The notes under the pieces were generated by a model. That model searched no databases and was not told the DNA's origin. It worked only from the letters and a program-made list of their open reading frames with translations. A program made the translations under genes and the position numbers. Source: an uncultured Gemmatimonadaceae bacterium (lineage in GTDB: Bacteria; Gemmatimonadota; Gemmatimonadetes; Gemmatimonadales; Gemmatimonadaceae). Taken from it: DNA of 64,000 nucleotides. The stretch's first letter is position 1, and each line of letters starts with the position of its first letter. The stretch lies in NCBI GenBank assembly GCA_963829055.1, contig CAWHHI010000016.1:448001-512000 (forward strand), read 5' to 3'. Below are positions 56,374 through 64,000 of this stretch, piece by piece.

Positions 56374-58287
56374 ATGGAACTGCGTTCCCGAATTCCTTCA
56401 GGCCCGATCGAGGGCAAGTGGGACAACCACCGCTTCGAGATGAAGCTGGTGAACCCCGCGAACAAGCGAAAATTCACGGTGATCGTGGTCGGCACCGGTC
56501 TCGCTGGCGGCTCAGCCGCGGCGACGCTGAGTGAGCTCGGCTACAACGTACTGTGTTTCTCCTTCCATGACTCGCCACGTCGCGCGCACAGCATCGCGGC
56601 GCAGGGTGGTATCAACGCCGCCAAGAACTACCAGAACGACGGCGACAGCATCTATCGGTTGTTCTACGATACGGTGAAGGGCGGGGACTTCCGCGCCCGG
56701 GAAGCCAACGTCTACAGACTCGCGCAGATATCCGTCAACATCATAGACCAGTGCGTTGCGCAGGGCGTTCCGTTCGCTCGCGAGTACGCCGGCCTTCTGG
56801 CGAATCGCTCGTTCGGTGGTGCACAGGTCTCGCGCACGTTCTACGCGCGCGGGCAGACCGGGCAGCAGTTGTTGTTAGGCGCCTACCAGGCGCTCGAGAA
56901 GGAGGTCGCGCGCGGCGGCGTGAAGATGTTCACGCATACGGAGATGCTCGACGTCGTGCTCGTGGACGGCAAGGCCCGCGGCATCGTGACCCGCGACCTG
57001 CGCACGGGCGCGATCGAGGCGTATGCCGCCGATGCCGTTGTGCTGGCGACCGGTGGCTACGGGAATGCGTTCTACCTGTCCACGAACGCGAAGAACTCGA
57101 ACGCGACGGCCATCTGGCGCGCGCACAAGCGCGGTGCGGCGTTCGCGAACCCGTGCTTCACGCAGATCCACCCGACCTGCATTCCGGTGGCGGGCGACTA
57201 CCAGTCCAAGCTCACGCTCATGAGCGAGTCGCTGCGGAATGACGGCCGCGTGTGGGTGCCGAAGAAAGCTGGCGACAAGCGAGCACCGGGAGACATCCCA
57301 GACGCAGAGCGCGACTACTATCTCGAGCGAAAGTATCCGAGCTACGGAAACCTGAGCCCACGCGACATCGCATCGCGTGCGGCAAAGGAGGTGTGCGACG
57401 AAGGGCGTGGCGTCGGAGAGACCGGTCGCGGCGTATACCTCGACTTCGCCGATGCCATTCAGCGCGTGGGTGAGGACCGCATCCGCGAACGGTACGGCAA
57501 CCTGTTCGAGATGTACGAGCGGATCACGGACGAGAACCCGTACAAGGTCCCGATGCGGATCTACCCGGCCGTGCATTACACCATGGGCGGACTCTGGGTG
57601 GACTACAACCTCATGAGCACGCTCCCCGGTCTGCACGTGCTGGGCGAGGCGAACTTCTCCGACCACGGCGCGAATCGACTCGGTGCGAGTGCGCTCATGC
57701 AGGGACTCGCGGATGGCTACTTCATCATTCCGTACACCATCGGCGACTACCTCGCCAGCGCGAAGCTCGAGAAGGTGTCGGCGGATCAGCCGGAGTTCCA
57801 GGCAGCGAAGCGCGGCATCGCCGACAACACGAAGCAGCTGTTAGGCATCGACGGCAAGCGCACGGTCGACTCGTTCCACCGCGAGCTCGGCCTCGTTCTG
57901 TGGGAGGACTGTGGGATGGCGCGGAACGCCGCTGGGCTCAAGCGCGCGTTAGGCCGTATTCCAGAGATCCGCGAGGAGTTCTGGAAGAACGTGAACGTGC
58001 CCGGCAGCGATGCCGAATTGAATCAGGCGCTGGAGAAGGCCGGCCGCGTGGCGGATTTCCTCGAGTTCGCCGAGTTGATGTGTACGGACGCGTTGCACCG
58101 CGAGGAATCGTGCGGCGGACACTTTCGAGAAGAGTATCAGACGCCGGACGGCGAAGCACAGCGCGATGACTCGCGCTTTGCCTACGCGGCGGCGTGGGAA
58201 TTTCGCGGCGTCGGCAACTCCCCGGTGCTGTGCAAGGAACCGCTGACGTTCGAGTACGTGGCGCTTACTCAGCGAAGCTACAAGTGA
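56374..58287 (+). CDS. sdhA: Succinate dehydrogenase/fumarate reductase flavoprotein
   Basis: [36 protein letters not shown]. Confidence 0.96.
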   Translation: MELRSRIPSGPIEGKWDNHRFEMKLVNPANKRKFTVIVVGTGLAGGSAAATLSELGYNVLCFSFHDSPRRAHSIAAQGGINAAKNYQNDGDSIYRLFYDTVKGGDFRAREANVYRLAQISVNIIDQCVAQGVPFAREYAGLLANRSFGGAQVSRTFYARGQTGQQLLLGAYQALEKEVARGGVKMFTHTEMLDVVLVDGKARGIVTRDLRTGAIEAYAADAVVLATGGYGNAFYLSTNAKNSNATAIWRAHKRGAAFANPCFTQIHPTCIPVAGDYQSKLTLMSESLRNDGRVWVPKKAGDKRAPGDIPDAERDYYLERKYPSYGNLSPRDIASRAAKEVCDEGRGVGETGRGVYLDFADAIQRVGEDRIRERYGNLFEMYERITDENPYKVPMRIYPAVHYTMGGLWVDYNLMSTLPGLHVLGEANFSDHGANRLGASALMQGLADGYFIIPYTIGDYLASAKLEKVSADQPEFQAAKRGIADNTKQLLGIDGKRTVDSFHRELGLVLWEDCGMARNAAGLKRALGRIPEIREEFWKNVNVPGSDAELNQALEKAGRVADFLEFAELMCTDALHREESCGGHFREEYQTPDGEAQRDDSRFAYAAAWEFRGVGNSPVLCKEPLTFEYVALTQRSYK

Positions 58288-58363
58288 CGCACCTATCGGC
58301 CATCAGCCAAATGGCCATGAGCTACTGCCTCGGTACGCCGATAGCTTCTCTTTCTACCTAACG

Positions 58364-59140
58364 ATGCGTTTCACTTTACGGGTTTGGCGTCAGCAGGGTC
58401 CGAACACTCCGGGGAAGATGGTGCAGTACGACGCACCAGATGTGAGCCCGGACATGTCGTTCCTCGAGATGCTCGACGTCGTCAACGAGCGATTGACCGA
58501 GAGCGGCGAGGAGCCGATCGCGTTCGCGCATGACTGCCGCGAAGGCATCTGCGGGTCGTGCTCGCTCATGATCAACGGCATTGCGCACGGGCCCGTTCGC
58601 GGCGCGGCGACGTGTCAGGTACACATGCGCAGCTTCGACGACGGCCAGACGATCCAGATCGAGCCGTGGCGAGCGCGGGCGTTTCCGGTCATCAAGGATC
58701 TCGTCGTCGATCGTGAGGCGCTCGATCGCATCGTTCAGGCGGGCGGGTTCATCTCGGTGCCCACCGGCAGCGCTCCGGATGCGAACGCAATTCCGATCCC
58801 GAAGCAGGACGTCGACGACGCGATGGACGCGGCCGCGTGCATCGGCTGTGGCGCGTGCGTCGCGGCGTGTCCTAACGCGTCGGCGTCGCTGTACACGGCC
58901 GCGAAGGTGAGTCACCTCGGCCTCTTGCCACAGGGGCAGCCGGAGCGGTATCGCCGAGTGCTTCGGATGGTGGATCAGATGGACCTCGAAGGGTTCGGCG
59001 GCTGCACACTGTTCGGCGAGTGCCAGGAAGCGTGCCCGAAGCTCATCAGCATCGACACGATCGCACGCATGAACCGCGATTACTTCAAGGCCGCGACATT
59101 CGGCGCGCGCGAGCCGACCGCGGTGGCCGGTAGCGGGTGA
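58364..59140 (+). CDS. sdhB: Succinate dehydrogenase Fe-S subunit
   Basis: [33 protein letters not shown]. Confidence 0.96.
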   Translation: MRFTLRVWRQQGPNTPGKMVQYDAPDVSPDMSFLEMLDVVNERLTESGEEPIAFAHDCREGICGSCSLMINGIAHGPVRGAATCQVHMRSFDDGQTIQIEPWRARAFPVIKDLVVDREALDRIVQAGGFISVPTGSAPDANAIPIPKQDVDDAMDAAACIGCGACVAACPNASASLYTAAKVSHLGLLPQGQPERYRRVLRMVDQMDLEGFGGCTLFGECQEACPKLISIDTIARMNRDYFKAATFGAREPTAVAGSG

Positions 59141-59226
59141 GCCACGCCGCATCGGCCTGCATCGCCGAGTGACCGTCGCAGGCCGCTCTGAGCGCCGCAG
59201 GCCCGTTTGATGCACCCGACTCGGGT

Positions 59227-59529
59227 ATGGAACCTCGAGCGGATAGGGACGAGAGGGGCATGCGGCGCGACCCGCCTCCCGTGGATGCTGATCCGGCGCG
59301 GTTGAGTCGTAACGACAACCGGGCCGATGCGGTCGGTGGGGCCGACTCCGTCGAGAAGACGTCGTACGCGAGCGACGTACATGGGTCCGAGGTGGGAGCG
59401 GGCAAGCAGGAACCGGTACCGGTCACCGCGGCGGTTCGAAGCGGTGGTGGGTTCGGCTTTCTCGGATGGGGCGCGCTCCTCCTCGCGATCCTCGCGTTCG
59501 CGGCGTACGCAGCCGGCCTGATGCGGTAG
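59227..59529 (+). CDS. Hypothetical protein with C-terminal TM anchor
   Basis: Hydrophilic N-terminus, C-terminal FLGWGALLLAILAFAAYAAGL. Confidence 0.6.
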   Translation: MEPRADRDERGMRRDPPPVDADPARLSRNDNRADAVGGADSVEKTSYASDVHGSEVGAGKQEPVPVTAAVRSGGGFGFLGWGALLLAILAFAAYAAGLMR

Positions 59530-59578
59530 AGCTCCCCGGCGACGGTGCCTAACGAGCTCTACCGGATGTCCCGACGGG

Positions 59579-60133
59579 CTAGAGCTTGGGCAGCGTCACC
59601 CCGATCTGACCCTGATACTTGCCCTTCTTGTCGCCATACGAGACCTCAGGCGGTTCGTTCCCCTTGAGAAACAATACCTGGGCGATGCCTTCGTTGGCGT
59701 AGATCTTCGCCGGCAGTGGCGTGGTGTTCGAGATCTCGAGCGTCACGAAGCCTTCCCACTCGGGTTCCAACGGCGTGACGTTCGTGATGATGCCGCATCG
59801 CGCGTACGTGGACTTGCCCACGGTGATGGTGAGGACGTCGCGCGGGATCCGGAAGTATTCGACCGACCTCGCGAGGGCGAACGAGTTCGGCGGCACGATG
59901 CACACATCGCCGTCGAACTCCACGAACGACTTCGGATCGAAGTTCTTCGGGTCGACGATAGAGTTGAGCACGTTCGTGAAGATCCGGAACTCGCGCGCCA
60001 CGCGCATGTCGTAGCCGTACGAGCTGACACCGTAGGAGATCACGCCAGACCGCACCTGCCGTCCCTCGAACGGCTCGATCATTCGGTGGTCGCGCGCCAT
60101 CGCCGTGATCCAACGGTCATTCTGTATGCTCAT
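59579..60133 (-). CDS. dcd: dCTP deaminase
   Basis: [42 protein letters not shown]. Confidence 0.96.
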   Translation of the reverse strand: MSIQNDRWITAMARDHRMIEPFEGRQVRSGVISYGVSSYGYDMRVAREFRIFTNVLNSIVDPKNFDPKSFVEFDGDVCIVPPNSFALARSVEYFRIPRDVLTITVGKSTYARCGIITNVTPLEPEWEGFVTLEISNTTPLPAKIYANEGIAQVLFLKGNEPPEVSYGDKKGKYQGQIGVTLPKL

Positions 60134-60315
60134 TCGGGAATCGGGAAATGGGGAATCGGGAATCGAGGCGGCGGCGTTCGACTTCGGCTCATCCGGCGCG
60201 TCGCTGACGAGCGGCGAGCAAGATAACAGAGCCATGTATCGGCGTGACGATTGGTCGGGAAAACGAACTGTCCGTCATCGATTCCCCATTCCCAATTCCC
60301 GATTCCCGACTTTGG

Positions 60316-60373
60316 TTGACACTCAATCCGGACGCACGATAGCTTATGTCTGCGAGCAAGTGAATTATTTCAC
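60316..60373 (+). promoter_or_regulatory. nuo promoter with Rex-like operator
   Basis: TTGACA-N18-TAGCTT, then palindrome GTGAA-TTAT-TTCAC at 60360-60373. Confidence 0.6.
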
Positions 60374-60385
60374 GAAGTCGGGAGC

Positions 60386-60799
60386 GTGATGGATCGTACC
60401 TATCTGCCGGTCCTCTTGCTGATGGGTTTCGTGGTCGCCAACGCGATCCTCATCATCGGGTTGTCCCACCTCACCGTCCGGCAACGCGCCACTCCGGAAA
60501 AGAACACGCCGTACGAGTCCGGCATCCCACCACTCGGCGACGCGAGAGAACGGTTCTCGATCAAGTTTTATATGGTCGCGATGTTGTTCATCATCTTCGA
60601 CATCGAGACCGTGTTCATGATTCCGTGGAGCGTGTTCTACCGGCAGCTGTCGTGCACGGTGCCGCTCGTCGCGATAACCAACGTCTGTCCCGCCGGAAAG
60701 CTGTCGTTCTTCGGCCTCGGCGAGATGCTGGTGTTCATGCTCATTCTGCTCGTCGGATTCGTCTACGTCTGGAAGAAGGGAGCCTTGCAGTGGGATTGA
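60386..60799 (+). CDS. nuoA: NADH-quinone oxidoreductase subunit A
   Basis: [25 protein letters not shown]. Confidence 0.95.
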   Translation: MMDRTYLPVLLLMGFVVANAILIIGLSHLTVRQRATPEKNTPYESGIPPLGDARERFSIKFYMVAMLFIIFDIETVFMIPWSVFYRQLSCTVPLVAITNVCPAGKLSFFGLGEMLVFMLILLVGFVYVWKKGALQWD

Positions 60800-61416
60800 C
60801 GCCTCGTCCTGAGAAACGCGTGGTCGAGTACAACCCGACCTCGCAGGAAGGGTGGGTTGCGACGCGCCTCGATTTCCTGGTGAACTGGGGCCGCGCCAAC
60901 TCCCTGTGGCCGATGCCGTTCGGCACCGCGTGCTGCGCCATCGAATTCATGGCCACCGCCGCCAGCCGCTTCGACCTCGCGCGCTTTGGCATGGAGCGCA
61001 TGAGCTTCTCGCCGCGTCAGGCAGACGTGCTTATCTGCGCTGGCCGCGTGCCATTCAAGCTCGCGCCCGTGATCCGGCGCATCTGGCAGCAGATGCCGCA
61101 GCCGAAGTGGGCGATCGCGATGGGTGCCTGCGCATCGACCGGCAACATTTTCGACAACTACGCGGTGGTGCAGGGCATCGACACGATCATTCCGGTCGAC
61201 GTTTACGTCCCGGGCTGTCCGCCGCGACCGGAAGGCCTCATGTACGGCATCATGCTGTTGCAGGAGAAGGTCAAGCGCGAGCGCATGACCGACGAAGGCA
61301 TCCGCAACGAGATGGAGCCCGATCCCAATAGCAAGCTGTACATCCCGGCACCGGTAATCGACGAGCTCTCCGAGCCGTTCGGAAACTCGGTTCACCAGAC
61401 GCGGTCCGGCTTGTGA
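60790..61416 (+). CDS. nuoB: NADH-quinone oxidoreductase subunit B
   Basis: [27 protein letters not shown]. Confidence 0.96.
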   Translation: MGLTPRPEKRVVEYNPTSQEGWVATRLDFLVNWGRANSLWPMPFGTACCAIEFMATAASRFDLARFGMERMSFSPRQADVLICAGRVPFKLAPVIRRIWQQMPQPKWAIAMGACASTGNIFDNYAVVQGIDTIIPVDVYVPGCPPRPEGLMYGIMLLQEKVKRERMTDEGIRNEMEPDPNSKLYIPAPVIDELSEPFGNSVHQTRSGL

Positions 61417-62114
61417 GCGACTCGTTCGAACTTCAATACCCGGGTAGCGCGCTCGGAAACGCACCGGCGCCAGTCAGCCCACGCAACGTTCCGAATCGCG
61501 GCGGCGAGGTCAATCCGTCGGCGGCCGCGCTCCGCGAACAATTCGGCGACGCCATCTCGCGCGTCGAAGTCGTGTGGGGTGACACGAACGTCTACGTGCG
61601 CCCCGACCGAGCGCTCGACGTCATTCGATGGCTGCATGACGATCCGACGCAGCGGTACGACTATCTATCGGACGTCACCGCCGTCGAATATCGCGACGCG
61701 GACTTCCCGATCGAAGTCATCTGGCATCTTCGATCGCTCCCGTTCCGTCGCTTCCTGCGCGTGAAGGCGCAGCTGGAGAAGAACGCGCCGCTCGAGGTGA
61801 CGAGCGTGTGGTCGATCTACAAGTGCGCGGATTGGCTCGAGCGAGAGTGCTTCGACATGTTCGGCATCAAGTTCGTCGGGCACCCCGACCTTCGCCGGAT
61901 TCTCATGTGGGAGCAGTACCGCGAGGGCTTCCCGCTGCGAAAGGATTTTCCGCTCCGTGGTCGGTTCAGCCGCGCGGAACAGCTGCGTCAGGCGCTCGCG
62001 GCAAATCCCGAAGCACGGTACTCGATGGAGGAGCTTTCCATCGCTGACGCGTTCGAGGATCTGCCGACCGAAATGCGCTCGCGCCTCCGCGGCGGCGAGC
62101 GCACAGGAGAATAG
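61413..62114 (+). CDS. nuoC: NADH-quinone oxidoreductase subunit C
   Basis: [28 protein letters not shown]. Confidence 0.95.
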   Translation: MSDSFELQYPGSALGNAPAPVSPRNVPNRGGEVNPSAAALREQFGDAISRVEVVWGDTNVYVRPDRALDVIRWLHDDPTQRYDYLSDVTAVEYRDADFPIEVIWHLRSLPFRRFLRVKAQLEKNAPLEVTSVWSIYKCADWLERECFDMFGIKFVGHPDLRRILMWEQYREGFPLRKDFPLRGRFSRAEQLRQALAANPEARYSMEELSIADAFEDLPTEMRSRLRGGERTGE

Positions 62115-62116
62115 CA

Positions 62117-63430
62117 GTGGCTACGCAGAAGCGAACGGTTGACGTCGCGCTCTCCACGACGGGCGTCGACGCCCAGGGGCGGCCGCAGCGCGTGCCGCTC
62201 GTCACGGCCGACGACGGATCGCCCGTCGCGGTCGAGGCGCCGCCAATGATGGAGCCCGATCTCGCCGGTGAGCACATGCTCATCAACATCGGGCCACAGC
62301 ATCCCGCGACGCACGGCGTGTTGCGCCTCGTGCTGGAGCTCGACGGCGAGACGGTCGTGCGCTGTATCCCGCACGTCGGCTATCTGCACTGCGGCTTCGA
62401 GAAGCTCGGCGAGTATCGCCAGTACAATCAGATCCTGCCGCTGACCGATCGCGAAGATTACCTGAACGCGATGGGCAACAACGTCGGGATGGTGCTCGGC
62501 GCCGAGCGTCTGTTCGGCATCGAACCCACCGAGCGCTGCAAGGTGCTGCGGGTGATCGCGTGCGAGCTGTCGCGCATCGCGTCGCACCTGGTCTGGCTCG
62601 GCACGACGTGCATCGACATCGGCGCGTTCACGCCGTTCCTGTGGGCGTTCCAGCAGCGCGAGTACATCTACAACCTGATCGAGTCGTGGGTCGGCGCGCG
62701 CCTAACGCCGACGATCACGCGCGTCGGTGGTCTCGCCGCGGACATCCCGGACGGGTGGCTGCAGAATCTCCGCACGTTCATCGCGAAGTTCCCGGCGACG
62801 GTCGATGAGATCGACAAGATGCTGACGAAGAACGGCATCTGGGTCGGGCGCACGATCGGACTCGGCGTCATGACGGCGGACGAGGCGATCAACTGGGGGC
62901 TCTCGGGTCCGATGCTCCGAGCATCGGGCGTCGCGTACGACGTGCGGAAGGACTTCCCGTACTACGACTACGAGACCTACGACTTCGACGTTCCCATCGG
63001 GACGAACGGCGACGTGTACGATCGGTACCTCGTTCGCATGGAGGAAATGCGCCAGTCGGTTCGCATTCTCCAGCAGGCGGCCGATCGGTTGCCCGACGGT
63101 CCGATCAACGTCGACGACCCGCGCGTGATCCTGCCGAACAAGTCCAAGGCAACGAGCGAGATGGAGTCGATGATTCATCACTTCAAGCTCGTCATGGAAG
63201 GCCCGCGCCCGCCGCTTGGCGAGGCGTACGTCGCCATGGAGAGCCCGAAAGGCGAGAAGGGCTACTATATGGTGTCCGACGGCACGTCGAAGCCCGTGCG
63301 CTGGCGCATTCGTCCGCCGTCGTTCGTGAACCTGTCCGCGATTCCGAAGATGGTCGAAGGGCATCTGCTCTCCGACGTCATCGCGATCAACGCGAGCATC
63401 GACATCGTGATGGGAGAGATCGACCGCTGA
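62117..63430 (+). CDS. nuoD: NADH-quinone oxidoreductase subunit D
   Basis: NIGPQHPATHGVLRL, ESPKGE, GEIDR. Confidence 0.97.
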   Translation: MATQKRTVDVALSTTGVDAQGRPQRVPLVTADDGSPVAVEAPPMMEPDLAGEHMLINIGPQHPATHGVLRLVLELDGETVVRCIPHVGYLHCGFEKLGEYRQYNQILPLTDREDYLNAMGNNVGMVLGAERLFGIEPTERCKVLRVIACELSRIASHLVWLGTTCIDIGAFTPFLWAFQQREYIYNLIESWVGARLTPTITRVGGLAADIPDGWLQNLRTFIAKFPATVDEIDKMLTKNGIWVGRTIGLGVMTADEAINWGLSGPMLRASGVAYDVRKDFPYYDYETYDFDVPIGTNGDVYDRYLVRMEEMRQSVRILQQAADRLPDGPINVDDPRVILPNKSKATSEMESMIHHFKLVMEGPRPPLGEAYVAMESPKGEKGYYMVSDGTSKPVRWRIRPPSFVNLSAIPKMVEGHLLSDVIAINASIDIVMGEIDR

Positions 63431-63990
63431 TGGCCACGTCCAAGGAGATGGGCGGCACTCACGCCGAGTCACACGCGTCGCACGGCAGCGCTGGTCATCT
63501 GCACGGCGAACCGTATCAGCCCGTGTTCGTGGGTGAGCGGCGACGCCAGCTGGACGAGCTGCTGACGCGCTACCCGACGAAGATGGCGGCGCTGCTTCCG
63601 GCGCTCTGGATGGTGCAGGAAGACCGCGGGTGGGTCAGCGAGAGCGCGATGGCCGAAGTCGGCGAGGTGCTGTCGCTCACGCCCGCGTACGTGAAGGGCG
63701 TGGTGACGTTCTACACCATGTACCACCAGCACCCGGTCGGGAAGCACTTCATCCAGGTCTGCACGACGTCGCCATGCAACGTCTGCGGCGCCGAGGATGT
63801 CGTCAACGCATTCCTCAAGCACACAAAGTGTGGTGAGCTCGGCGTCACGTCCGACGACGGTCGCTTCACGGTCATCGAGGTCGAGTGCCTCGGCGCCTGC
63901 GGATTCGCGACGCCGGTGATGATCAACTCCGACTTCATCGAGTCGGTGACGCCCGAGAAGGTTCCGGACCTCCTCTCCAAGCTGCCCTAA
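63430..63990 (+). CDS. nuoE: NADH-quinone oxidoreductase subunit E
   Basis: VVTFYTMY, CTTSPC, ECLGAC. Confidence 0.95.
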   Translation: MATSKEMGGTHAESHASHGSAGHLHGEPYQPVFVGERRRQLDELLTRYPTKMAALLPALWMVQEDRGWVSESAMAEVGEVLSLTPAYVKGVVTFYTMYHQHPVGKHFIQVCTTSPCNVCGAEDVVNAFLKHTKCGELGVTSDDGRFTVIEVECLGACGFATPVMINSDFIESVTPEKVPDLLSKLP

Positions 63991-64000
63991 TGGGATACCC

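Overview
High-GC bacterial chromosome segment made up mostly of housekeeping genes. Gene content and order (yicC-gmk-rpoZ-coaBC-udg-dnaB-radA-ispD, gap-pgk-tpiA-secG, mdh-sdhCAB, nuoA-E) suggest Gemmatimonadota; this is an inference. Many genes are split by 1-bp frameshifts, densely in the first ~14.6 kb, which looks like long-read consensus error rather than pseudogenisation. I found no integrase, transposase or CRISPR array. Main observations: (1) The non-palindromic heptamer CCTAACR/YGTTAGG is strongly over-represented, with 39 copies counted by eye on both strands. It often sits inside genes using rare codons, and it clusters just upstream of an orphan Cro/Ner-like HTH gene, so it is a candidate DNA-site/binding-protein or HIP1/DUS-like system. 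(2) A B12 acyl-CoA mutase carries isobutyryl-CoA-mutase signature residues and is clustered with MeaB, a carboxyltransferase and AtuA-like genes. (3) Several intergenic hairpins are built from 7-mer tandem repeats. (4) There is a Rex-like operator before nuoA and a structured RNase E/G leader.
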